A stretch of 64,000 nt of DNA. Source: Planctomycetota bacterium (GTDB lineage: Bacteria; Planctomycetota; UBA8108; SXIK01). Both the position numbers and the translations under genes were made by a program. The stretch's first letter is position 1; each line of letters begins with the position of its first letter. The notes below the pieces were generated by a model. It worked only from the letters and a program-made list of their open reading frames with translations, was not told the DNA's origin and made no database searches. Shown piece by piece: positions 31,241 to 39,907 of this stretch. The stretch covers positions 256,001-320,000 of the forward strand of contig OZ244999.1 in the NCBI GenBank assembly GCA_965223265.1, read 5' to 3'.

Positions 31241-31254
31241 CGAACATCTGTTCG
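31241..31254. promoter_or_regulatory. Candidate LexA (SOS) box upstream of imuA
   Basis: CGAAC-ATCT-GTTCG, extending to gCGAAC-N4-GTTCGc; matches the GAAC-N4-GTTC LexA motif class; about 117 bp upstream of the imuA GTG. Confidence 0.75.
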
Positions 31255-31372
31255 CTTTTCTGGGCTGTGAAAAGTACCGCAGGTGTGGATCATGAGCAAG
31301 AAGAAAAAGATCGTCATGCGCGAGTCGAGACAGATTTGATCGAGCGCAGCCGTGAGACGGAGTGAAACGCCA

Positions 31373-31738
31373 ATGAGTTCTTCACGATCCCGAGCAGCCA
31401 TCATTCGACATGAGGCCGACGCGCCGTGTGAGCCGAGCACGTGTGGCTACCGCTACAAACTTTTGAGCGTTCAGGATCGCGACGCCGACATTGCGGCGTG
31501 GGCGCATGCGGTCGACATCGATGGCGCCAAGGAGCACTACCACAAGATCGGAACCGAGCTTTACTACGTTCTTGAGGGTGAAGGTGCGGTGAAGCTCGAC
31601 GGCGTCGAGCACCCAGTGCGTAAAGGCTCGATCGTTCACATCCCGCCGGGGGTGGTGCATGGCGCCAAGGGACAGATGCGTGTTCTCGTCGTCGGCATTC
31701 CGAACATCAGTGACGACGATCTTTATTTTCCTGAGTGA
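31373..31738 (+). CDS. Cupin domain protein
   Basis: EHYHKIGTELYYVLEGEG and GSIVHIPPGVVHG; ATG 31373 with upstream GGAG. Confidence 0.88.
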   Translation: MSSSRSRAAIIRHEADAPCEPSTCGYRYKLLSVQDRDADIAAWAHAVDIDGAKEHYHKIGTELYYVLEGEGAVKLDGVEHPVRKGSIVHIPPGVVHGAKGQMRVLVVGIPNISDDDLYFPE

Positions 31739-31765
31739 CTACGATGACATCCGATTCGTTTCCGG

Positions 31766-31954
31766 ACGGCACATAGGAGTGTGTCTGCCACTTTAAGAAA
31801 CGCAAACGGCAGGCAGAAGAAAAGTCAAAGAACCTTCGAATCCCGGCAAGCTTTCCCTCATTGGGGGCCCCATAGTAGCAGGCACTCTCCGAGTGCCGTC
31901 CGGTCTTCTCTCCGGCCACGGCACACAGGAGTGTGCCTGCTACTTTAAGAAACG
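31766..31954. repeat. Cluster of three REP-like palindromic units in alternating orientation
   Basis: 31766-31803 acggcacataggagtgtgtctgccactttaagaaacgc; 31874-31899 agtagcaggcactctccgagtgccgt (inverted); 31918-31954 acggcacacaggagtgtgcctgctactttaagaaacgc. Each has a GGCAC..GTGCC-type hairpin; the intact copies have GTAG at its foot. Confidence 0.85.
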
Positions 31955-31987
31955 CCACACAAACGAAAACGAAACCAGGAGAACCCC

Positions 31988-33229
31988 GTGCACACCGACG
32001 ATCCCCAGCATGCATGGCGCCAGATCCGCGGCTTTGTTGGCAGTGAGCGCAGCGTCCAGGAGGTCAGCCGGTCGCTTTACTTTGCTTGCCGCGAACTGAA
32101 GCCCGCGGCGGTAGGAGCGATGCTGATCACCTGCGCGGATGAGTCTGAGCACGAGTGCGCCGATGCGTTCCAGACGGGTTTCTCTCAGTATCTTTTACCG
32201 GAGTTAAAGTTCGCACACCGGTCGGCGTTTCGGCTTGCGAACCTTGGAGGTCGCTATGAGTGGGGGGCGGTGCGCATCGCCGAGGATCACTTCGTCACTG
32301 CGGAAACAGAAAACAGCGACAAGCTGCTCGTCTGTAAGATCAACGCCCATGTCGCGGTCGAAGAGGAGAACGGCGCGCCCCGCTTCGGCATCATGACGCG
32401 TTACCAGCGGCCGTCCGCATGCTGCGGCGCCATGCAGGCTCTGATGGGAAACGCGGCACTTCCGTTCGCCAGCGATCTGCGCGAAGCGTTTCGTAGCGAG
32501 GGGGTTGATCGCCTTGCAGCACTTCTTGACCCGAAGCGCGTCGCGCCGGATGAACGCCCCCTCTTGGCGGCGGTCGTCTCCGCGCGGCTGCAAGCGCGGC
32601 GCGCAATGCTCGACATCCAAGACTATCGTCCGGCCTCACCGACGTTCTACATCGTCGTTGCGTCGGTGACACTGAATCGCCGCGGCACCGACGGTGAAAT
32701 CGTCTGCGGGGTCTACACCGCGGACCATCGCCGCGAAGGAGAGCGGCAAGAGAGTTACTTTGGTCTAGGAGATGACCCAGCAGCCTACACGGTCAGCCGC
32801 GAGGGGCACCGACTGCGCATCGACGACGATGCGTTGGGGAACGAACGCAAGGCGCGCAATCATCGTCGACTGGTCGCGGCAGCGTGGGAGAAAGAGCGGC
32901 CGACCGCAGTGCGCCGCGACGAGCGTCTGCAGAAGGTGTGGAAGGCAGTCGCCGAGAAGAAGCATCTCCAAGACGTTCACTGCCGGACACTGCTGAAAAC
33001 CTCTCTCCTACTACTGTCACAGGTCTCACCCGTCCCGGCAGCGGTGATCCTGTTCGCGCACGGCGCGGCGGCCATCCATCACGTCCACCGCGCGCACGGC
33101 TTGACGCACCGCGTCGCATCGGACGACGACGCCAGGCGCATCCTCGCCGAGGTCGAGAGCCAGCTCGACCACCTAGACGCCGAAAAAGCGCGCGACGTGC
33201 TGGAGGTTTTGGCGCGGCACCATGCGTGA
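31988..33229 (+). CDS. Hypothetical protein with LCIB/theta-carbonic-anhydrase-like Cys-His-Cys motifs
   Basis: GTG with AGGAGA RBS; motifs in order TCADE, FRLANLGG, AEDHF, INAHV, G.MTRY, SACCGAM. Confidence 0.6.
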   Translation: MHTDDPQHAWRQIRGFVGSERSVQEVSRSLYFACRELKPAAVGAMLITCADESEHECADAFQTGFSQYLLPELKFAHRSAFRLANLGGRYEWGAVRIAEDHFVTAETENSDKLLVCKINAHVAVEEENGAPRFGIMTRYQRPSACCGAMQALMGNAALPFASDLREAFRSEGVDRLAALLDPKRVAPDERPLLAAVVSARLQARRAMLDIQDYRPASPTFYIVVASVTLNRRGTDGEIVCGVYTADHRREGERQESYFGLGDDPAAYTVSREGHRLRIDDDALGNERKARNHRRLVAAAWEKERPTAVRRDERLQKVWKAVAEKKHLQDVHCRTLLKTSLLLLSQVSPVPAAVILFAHGAAAIHHVHRAHGLTHRVASDDDARRILAEVESQLDHLDAEKARDVLEVLARHHA

Positions 33230-33242
33230 GAGAGAGCTACTC

Positions 33243-34391
33243 TCAGCGACTAAAATCACTCTCGGCAAGAGTGAAAATCTTCGGACTCCACTCGCTTCCA
33301 TCTATGAAGATCAACTTCACACAGACGTAGTTGGTCGACATCGGTATCTTGACGTAGATCTCATCGTCATCGGATATCCCCGGACTAGCCTGACGATCAT
33401 CTCGTGTGAAATGAAGACGATTCGAGACGGTCTGTTCATCGATCGAGTAACGGATCTCTCGGAAGGCGTTCTTGTATGAGAGCAGGTGGGTGAAATAGAC
33501 CAGCATGTTTCCTGCGGGATACTCCCGAAACGCCAACCAGGAGCGGCGAGTCGCTTGGAGTGTATGCTTTGCCGAGGCGACCGTCTGCTCCGTCGCATCG
33601 AAAGTCAGCCGGTAAGGGCCCTGCTCGCGTCCGTCAGCGTCGACATACTTGACAAAAAGAATCCGCTTTCCCTGTATGTTTCCAAGCGACGCGTGACTGA
33701 CGGGTCTTGGAAGACCAGACTGGGGATCTCGGAATCGGCTAAGTCCCGTGCTGCTGTAGCCATCCTGATCTTCGAATCGGTAGAAGATTTCTCTCACGTG
33801 CTCTTCCTCAACATCGATAGTCACCGACCAGCCTGAGCTTGTCGGCATGCCGCTCAGGCGTACGGGAGCACTATTGCGTTGCGTTGGTCTCGGATCGATG
33901 GCTTGATCGATCAGGTGCAGAGCCACTAGTAAGATGAGGGTGACCGCTGCGACGAGAGCGGCTCGGCGCAGCCTGTAGCGCCAGATCTGGCGGTGGACTC
34001 GCTGCGCAGCTAAGGCTATCTCCGCTGGTATGTCTCCTGCAGGTCGGAGTACTGTCACGGCATGCAGAAATGGTGGCAGCTTCTCTATGTCGGTGGCGAC
34101 CGTCATAACGGGTAGAATTCGGCCTGCCGGTCTTTTCCATCGGCGCTTTGCCATCTCGAGCTCGGTCAGTGCATAGCTGCCACCGGAAATGGAATCTGGG
34201 CTGATGAGAAAAACGAAAAGGTCGCAGCTTTCGATTGCGTACCGTATCCGTGCGTCGTAGTCCTCACCAGGAGGCAGAGAGGAGCGGTCGAAAAACACCT
34301 CATGGTCGTCGTTCCGAAGGGTATAAGCGATACGCTCGGCGAGCGGTTCCTGAGGAGAAGAATAGCAGAGGAATAGCTTCATCGACGACAA
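33243..34391 (-). CDS. TIR-domain protein with one TM helix and an extracytoplasmic domain
   Basis: LFLCYS...EVFFDRSSLPPGEDY...CDLFVFLISPDS...YALTELE (Glu at catalytic position); TM AALVAAVTLILLVAL; about 210-aa beta-rich C-domain. Confidence 0.85.
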   Translation of the reverse strand: MSSMKLFLCYSSPQEPLAERIAYTLRNDDHEVFFDRSSLPPGEDYDARIRYAIESCDLFVFLISPDSISGGSYALTELEMAKRRWKRPAGRILPVMTVATDIEKLPPFLHAVTVLRPAGDIPAEIALAAQRVHRQIWRYRLRRAALVAAVTLILLVALHLIDQAIDPRPTQRNSAPVRLSGMPTSSGWSVTIDVEEEHVREIFYRFEDQDGYSSTGLSRFRDPQSGLPRPVSHASLGNIQGKRILFVKYVDADGREQGPYRLTFDATEQTVASAKHTLQATRRSWLAFREYPAGNMLVYFTHLLSYKNAFREIRYSIDEQTVSNRLHFTRDDRQASPGISDDDEIYVKIPMSTNYVCVKLIFIDGSEWSPKIFTLAESDFSR

Positions 34392-34600
34392 TTCTCGCGA
34401 ACTAGGGCAGGACTCTCATCATGCTGACGTTTTCCCGATTGCGCTACGTTTTCTAGACTATATGAATGACACCAAGACACGCAAGACGCGGCGCAGCCCA
34501 TCGAGTTGACTCTGTCGATTCCGCACCTCTCGCGCAGCTTTCCGCGTGCACTACCTCGATCCGCTTCCTATGCGGTGCCGCGTCAGCGTAGAATGAGGCT

Positions 34601-35065
34601 ATGCGCATCTTCGTCAGTTACACCCGCGAGCACCGTGAGGCGGCCCGCGCGTTGACGCGCGATTTGGAGGCTGTTGGCCATGCTGTGTGGATGGATGACG
34701 CGCTCCAAGGCGGACAGACGTGGTGGGAGCAGATCCTCGAAGAAATCCGCCGCTGCGATTTCTTGGTGCTCGTCCTCACGACTGAGTCTCTCGACTCGAC
34801 CGCCTGCGATCGGGAAATGAACTATGCCGCCGCCGTGGGGAAACCGATCCTGCCGGTCTTGGCTGCCGACGGTGTGTCGATCCGTCTTCTGCCTTCTCTC
34901 CTCGCCCAGGTTCAACATGTCGACTACCGAGAGCGAGACAAAGCTGCGGCGCTGAGGGCAGCTGGGGCCACATGGCCAGGAACTGCCGCTCGGCGCCGTT
35001 TCACGGACTCCGCGTTGGACCGCGGCACCGCCATCGGTTTTTGTCCCGCCAGGTCGTCACCGTAG
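34601..35065 (+). CDS. Short TIR-domain protein (stand-alone or truncated)
   Basis: IFVSYTRE...VWMDDALQGGQTWWEQILEEIRRCDFLVLVLT.ESLDSTACDREMNYA...KPILPV; the last 35 or so aa look non-conserved. Confidence 0.82.
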   Translation: MRIFVSYTREHREAARALTRDLEAVGHAVWMDDALQGGQTWWEQILEEIRRCDFLVLVLTTESLDSTACDREMNYAAAVGKPILPVLAADGVSIRLLPSLLAQVQHVDYRERDKAAALRAAGATWPGTAARRRFTDSALDRGTAIGFCPARSSP

Positions 35066-35070
35066 GGCGG

Positions 35071-35113
35071 TCTTACCTTCTTACCTCTTCTTCTTCTTCT
35101 TCTTCTTCTTCTT
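35071..35113. repeat. Microsatellite (TCTTACCT)2 followed by (CTT)9
   Basis: Read directly at 35071-35086 and 35087-35113. Confidence 0.9.
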
Positions 35114-35327
35114 GCCCGCCTGGCGCGCGCGGCCGCCAGCGCGGGCCGGTCGCGCTGGTAGGGGAATGGGCACACGTCCCTGTCGAGTCAACTTACGCTA
35201 TCCCAAGGAGACAGAGATCCGCTAACGAGCGCTGACTAAAACCTCGTTTCGCTCAGGCGTTCCTGTCGATTCGTCACCTCGCATTCGCTTCTCGCCGCCG
35301 CTCCTCATCTGAGGTAGACTTCACGTC

Positions 35328-35717
35328 ATGACTTCTCGACGACGTTACCGTAAGAAGGCGAGCCAGTTCGTGACCGCCGTGCAGCTCAACCTTGAAACGG
35401 ACGGCTTCGCCTACGACAAATGGGGAGCGGAGCAGCGCTGCAAGAAGGGCGATTGGCTCGTCAACAACGCTGGCGACACATACACCATCGACGCCGACGT
35501 CTTCGCGCGCACCTATCGCCAGCTCACCCCCGGAGTGTACGTCAAGACAACGCCCATTTGGGCTGAGGTGGCGTCAGAGGCCGGCGCCATCGACACCAAG
35601 GAGGGCAAGTCGCACTACGCGGCCGGCGACTACATCGTTTGGAACACCTCAGACGGCACTGACGGCTACTGCATCAGCCGCGCCAAGTTCGACACTATGT
35701 ACGAGCCTGACGAGTAG
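35328..35717 (+). CDS. PGDYG-like small protein with internal duplication
   Basis: YRKK start; two repeats GDWLV..GDTY.IDADVFARTY and GDYIV..GTDGY.ISRAKFDTMY. Confidence 0.7.
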   Translation: MTSRRRYRKKASQFVTAVQLNLETDGFAYDKWGAEQRCKKGDWLVNNAGDTYTIDADVFARTYRQLTPGVYVKTTPIWAEVASEAGAIDTKEGKSHYAAGDYIVWNTSDGTDGYCISRAKFDTMYEPDE

Positions 35718-36074
35718 ATCGACGGACGGCGGGTTCTGGTCCTCGGTTCACGCTCTGCGAGCATCCCCATGGAGCCTCGGCGAGCCGCCACTTTTTCTGT
35801 CGCCGATGGTGATTGGTGAAGTAGACGCTTCGCGCCCACTTGAGCGCCCCGAGCTCTCAGTTTGTCATCTAATCAATTAGTTTGATTTGATCAATCAACG
35901 GAAAGGGAATTGATCGTTTCCTCTCGTCGGTGTTTACTGACTGAATCGTCAACACGGCAAACTGGGGCACTCACGACAGAACTTCGCGCCGAGCATCCTT
36001 CCGTCGCGGGTCACAGTCCACGGTCGTCGCAAGTCGATAACCGTCGGCCACCAAAACGAACAAAGGGGTCAGCC

Positions 36075-37724
36075 ATGCGTCTTCGTTTTGTGTCGTTCCG
36101 CATGATCCGACATTTTCGTCCGTTGCGCTTGGCTCAACTCGGTCTCTTGCTTGCACTCCTGCTTGCGGCCTTCCCGGGCTGCAGCTCATACCTCAAACGC
36201 AAGCAGCTTGAGGCGGTCGCAAAGGACTGGTCCATGGTGGTCCGAGCCAGTCAGGTGATCCCCGTCTATCCGCTCACGGAAGACCTGCAGCCGGGCGATC
36301 TCTTCCTCGTGCTGACGCCCATTCCCGAGCAGGCGGATGAATACTCACGACGAGGCTTTCTGCCACTCGACCAGCACCTCGCGAGGCTACCCGACCTCGA
36401 CTACGGTGAGTTCTACGATGACTCGTACGGTGTCGCCGAGCACGAATCGACGCCGCGCGATTGGCAATTCCCTCCACGGGTGCGCACGCCAGGCGGTGAG
36501 CCGGCTTCGACATCACCTCCGCCGACCGTCGATGAACCTGCGGGCCCCTCGACGGCAACGAGCGCACCGGCGAGCGGCGGCACGTCTGATGCAGGCGCAA
36601 CGAATGCGGCTTCTGCAGCTGCAGTAGCAGAAACTACGGCCGACGAGTTGTCGTCCGAACACACTGCAGACACGGATTGGCACCTAGCACCGCGGGCGGC
36701 GTTTCCGAGCTACAACTTCTCGGTAGCAAGCGGTGGCGCGCTTGGACTCGCCTTGCCGATCCAGGGAGTCCCCGTCGCCCTGAGTCTCATGCAGACGGAC
36801 ACCGCGAGCGGCTCGGTCACGATAGCGGATGCGTACACCTATGGGGTGCCGTTTGAAATGATCGCCGACAAGGTCGAGGAGTGGGCGGGCCGGCTCGGGA
36901 ATCTGGACATGTTGAAGGGGCTGCGTGAAACCGTGATCGCGAGCGAGAGCACGTGCTCGCGGATTGCCCGCTGGTTTAAGGATGAGCCGGAGCCGACGAT
37001 CTACCTCAGGGTCGTGAGCCGTGTGTACTTGACGGGTCGAGTCGTCGCCCAGGTGAATAGTGCGAGCGCCGGTGGCGCCGCAGCCAAGGGCGGCGTGTCG
37101 CCTGACGTGGAGCTTCCGGCGCCGGACGTGGTGACTGCGGCGAGCCGGGAGAATCGGGAGCCGGAGGCATCCGGAGATGGTGAGGTCCCGACCGCGATAC
37201 CGCAGTCGTCCAAGACTCTGCTTTCTCACGCAGAGAAGCTGGAGGACCTGAGTGATCAGTTGAGCGGCGCCCTCCCGGGCGGCAAGATCCGCCTGGCGTG
37301 GGCGACGAATCGCTCGGTCTCACTCTCTGAGACCTTCGAGCGACCACTCGTGATCGGCTATCTTGGATTCGATTTCCCGGTTTTGGAAGATGGGTCTCTT
37401 GGCTCACCCGTCGCAACTCGGGACCAGTTCGAACGCAGGAAGATACGCAGCGTCAAGGCCAACTTTGACTACTATCCCGATCTTAGGGAGAGGTGCGCCG
37501 CACTGCCCGTTGAAAAACGTTATCCAATTTTCGACGCGGCCGCGGAGTACATCGGCGGCGACTTTCAACAAGAATATAGTGCCGCGAAGTCAGAGGGGCG
37601 TAACTCTGAGGCAGCGTTCGGAGAGGCGCGCCGAAAGTATCTCTTCGGGAAGAGCCCTATTGGCAAGTACATCGACGATGTGGACCGCGGCTTGAACGCC
37701 GCGTTGCCGCCCGAGCCAAAGTGA
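36075..37724 (+). CDS. Hypothetical lipoprotein
   Basis: Basic N-region, hydrophobic stretch and AAFPG-C lipobox; ordered blocks (IPVYPLTEDLQPGDLF, PRAAFPSYNF, YLRVVSRVYLT, ETFERPLVIGY) separated by Pro/Ala/Thr linkers. Start uncertain (36075 or 36102; track 35910). Confidence 0.75.
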   Translation: MRLRFVSFRMIRHFRPLRLAQLGLLLALLLAAFPGCSSYLKRKQLEAVAKDWSMVVRASQVIPVYPLTEDLQPGDLFLVLTPIPEQADEYSRRGFLPLDQHLARLPDLDYGEFYDDSYGVAEHESTPRDWQFPPRVRTPGGEPASTSPPPTVDEPAGPSTATSAPASGGTSDAGATNAASAAAVAETTADELSSEHTADTDWHLAPRAAFPSYNFSVASGGALGLALPIQGVPVALSLMQTDTASGSVTIADAYTYGVPFEMIADKVEEWAGRLGNLDMLKGLRETVIASESTCSRIARWFKDEPEPTIYLRVVSRVYLTGRVVAQVNSASAGGAAAKGGVSPDVELPAPDVVTAASRENREPEASGDGEVPTAIPQSSKTLLSHAEKLEDLSDQLSGALPGGKIRLAWATNRSVSLSETFERPLVIGYLGFDFPVLEDGSLGSPVATRDQFERRKIRSVKANFDYYPDLRERCAALPVEKRYPIFDAAAEYIGGDFQQEYSAAKSEGRNSEAAFGEARRKYLFGKSPIGKYIDDVDRGLNAALPPEPK

Positions 37725-37743
37725 GCGAGCGTGGGGAAAAACA

Positions 37744-37902
37744 ATGGCAGAGCGCATCGAAGAATACGAGATTCCAAAGAGCTGGCCGCTGAAGGATATG
37801 GCGGGCTGGATCAAAGCGACTCTTCAGGAGCCAGACGTGACGTCTGTAGAGATCGTGCGGCGAAGTGGTACGTACTTCTTCTTGGTGCACATTCAGGAGT
37901 GA
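37744..37902 (+). CDS. Small hypothetical protein (52 aa), not in the ORF track
   Basis: ATG 37744 after GGGGAAAAACA, 19 nt after the lipoprotein stop; MAERIEEYEIPKSWPLKDMAGWIKATLQEPDVTSVEIVRRSGTYFFLVHIQE*. Confidence 0.6.
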   Translation: MAERIEEYEIPKSWPLKDMAGWIKATLQEPDVTSVEIVRRSGTYFFLVHIQE

Positions 37903-38403
37903 GTTCGACGAATGCGACTCGCAAGGAATTGCTTCCCACAAAGATCCCTGCCCCGACAACAGTGAGCATACCTACGTCGGTGTATCTCGGGTTCCAATAG
38001 GAGAACCAGGATCTTGGCAGTCTGTCCTGCGGAACGCAAAGCTGTTCCGTCTATGTTTGTCGTCAAATCAGAGTAGATCTCGAGTGAGTCCACTGGCCTC
38101 AATTGACTTTTCCGACCGCAGCTTCGTAGCATGTTGAGGTCGGAAGGATTGTTGGCCGCGTTTTCGAGGTGGCCTTTAGTGGGTAGCGGGTTGAGAGTCT
38201 TGTTTTTCGGCATCACTCGGCCCGTTCAACAAGTCGTTCGACCCGGTAACTGGGCCATCATGCCCAGCTTGTCTGCCAATCGCCGTGTAGGCTTGGCAGC
38301 GGCGTTTGCACAGCGGCTGGCAAGCGATTGAGTCGGATTCTCGATCCTCCACCAACCGCACTGTCTGATCGTAGGTTCCGATTCGTACCGGACGGGGGGT
38401 GAG

Positions 38404-39813
38404 ATGGGACTGCCGAAAGTTCTCATCATCGGGTTGGCGAAAAACTCGCCACTCGGGGAAAGACTCAGGCAGATTCTGTGCCGGGCCTATACCACCGCGT
38501 TCGAAGAGGAGAAGGTTCCTCATCGAGTCGTCGAGGGTTCTGGAGGAGTCGAAACGGATCCATGCAGCGCTCCGAGTGCGGTGATTCTTCGAGCCGCGAT
38601 GACCAGCTCGGAGACGACGGGCGAGCTGATCGCCGCGGTGCGCAGAGCCAGCCCGGCGGTGCCGATTGTGTTGCTGATTGACGCGCGGGAGCGATGCCCC
38701 CGTGCGGTCGCAACGCTGCTTCGACGCGGTGCGGACGATTTCGTCACCCCTCCCCTTGAGCCCCGAGATCTCCTGCCGCGCTTGTGGCGTCTTGGTTCGT
38801 ACCACGAGGAAGGAACAATCCCTCGCGTTGTTCGTCAGGTTGGGCTCAAACGATTGATCGGTGAGAGTGCAAGGTTCTTGCAAGTCACCGAGAAGATCCC
38901 GGTGGTCGCGAAATGTGATGCGGCAGTGCTGATCAGTGGGGAAACAGGGACCGGCAAAGAAGTGTGCGCGCGAGCCATCCATTACGTCAGCCCACGTTCG
39001 CGCCAGACTTTCCTTCCAGTCAACTGCGGTGCGATCCCCGTCGATCTCCTCGAAAATGAGCTCTTCGGGCATGAGCGAGATGCTTTTACAGGCGCTTCCA
39101 CTTCCCGGCGAGGTCTGGTTGAAGAAGCGACGAGAGGAACACTCTTTCTTGATGAAATCGACTGCCTGCGACCGTCCGCACAGGTCAAGCTGCTGCGGCT
39201 TCTGCAAGAGAAGGAGTATCGCCCCCTGGGTTCAACGCACACAAAGAGCGCAGATATTCGACTCATTGCCGCAACGAACGTCGACCCTTCAGAGGCGGTC
39301 CGAGGAGGGAAGATTCGTCAGGATCTCTACTACCGCCTAAACGTTCTGCCGATTCAGTTGCCTCCGCTTCGCGATCGGGGCGACGACGTTTTACTCCTTG
39401 CGAGGCACTTCCTTCTCAAGGCAGCGGCGGACGCCAATGTGCCAGCGCCCTTACTGTCACCTGAAGCGGAAGCCGCCCTTCGACTTCACGACTGGCCAGG
39501 AAACGTGCGCGAGCTCGAACATGTGATCGCGCGGGGCGTCATCTTGGCGGATGGACGTCCCGTGATCGAGGTGCGTGACATCCAGATTGCCGGCTCAAGC
39601 TCGCGAGAAACGACGCCCTTCCAAGAGAGCAAGCGGCGGGTCATTGAGGAGTTCGAGCGGAAATACATCAGCACCCTACTGCGGGTTCACCGGGGCAACA
39701 TCACTCACGCGGCGCGCGCTGCGAAGAAAAACCGGCGCGCATTTTGGGAGCTCATTCGCAAGCACGGAATCAATGTCGAACAGATTCGCGCATCTACGAC
39801 GCCGCACTGTTGA
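38404..39813 (+). CDS. sigma54-dependent enhancer-binding protein (NtrC family) with degenerate receiver
   Basis: Walker A GETGTGKE, ELFGHERDAFTGA, Walker B LFLDEID, RQDLYYRLNV, WPGNVREL, Fis-type HTH GNITHAARAAKKNRRAFWELIRKH. Confidence 0.93.
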   Translation: MGLPKVLIIGLAKNSPLGERLRQILCRAYTTAFEEEKVPHRVVEGSGGVETDPCSAPSAVILRAAMTSSETTGELIAAVRRASPAVPIVLLIDARERCPRAVATLLRRGADDFVTPPLEPRDLLPRLWRLGSYHEEGTIPRVVRQVGLKRLIGESARFLQVTEKIPVVAKCDAAVLISGETGTGKEVCARAIHYVSPRSRQTFLPVNCGAIPVDLLENELFGHERDAFTGASTSRRGLVEEATRGTLFLDEIDCLRPSAQVKLLRLLQEKEYRPLGSTHTKSADIRLIAATNVDPSEAVRGGKIRQDLYYRLNVLPIQLPPLRDRGDDVLLLARHFLLKAAADANVPAPLLSPEAEAALRLHDWPGNVRELEHVIARGVILADGRPVIEVRDIQIAGSSSRETTPFQESKRRVIEEFERKYISTLLRVHRGNITHAARAAKKNRRAFWELIRKHGINVEQIRASTTPHC

Positions 39814-39893
39814 CCCAACTGCTCGTTTGTGCGCAGAGTGGGTGTGCGTACGCCATGTGGTCTGCCGGACTGAGACATTTGCCGACCAAAGTG

Positions 39894-39907
39894 GGACAGA
39901 TTTGTCC
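39894..39907. promoter_or_regulatory. Palindrome, candidate enhancer (UAS) for the adjacent sigma54 activator
   Basis: GGACA-GATT-TGTCC, about 185 bp upstream of the candidate -24/-12 site. Confidence 0.5.

Noticed and set aside
31766-31954. Mini CRISPR array
   Set aside because: Copies alternate in orientation, spacing is irregular, and no cas genes are present.
37731-38331. Track ORFs 37731..38000, 37865..38137, 37893..38216 and 38131..38331
   Set aside because: No motifs or convincing RBS; the 52-aa ORF at 37744 explains the start of this region better.
38176-39207. 343-aa minus-strand ORF
   Set aside because: Antisense shadow of the well-supported sigma54 activator; no motifs of its own.
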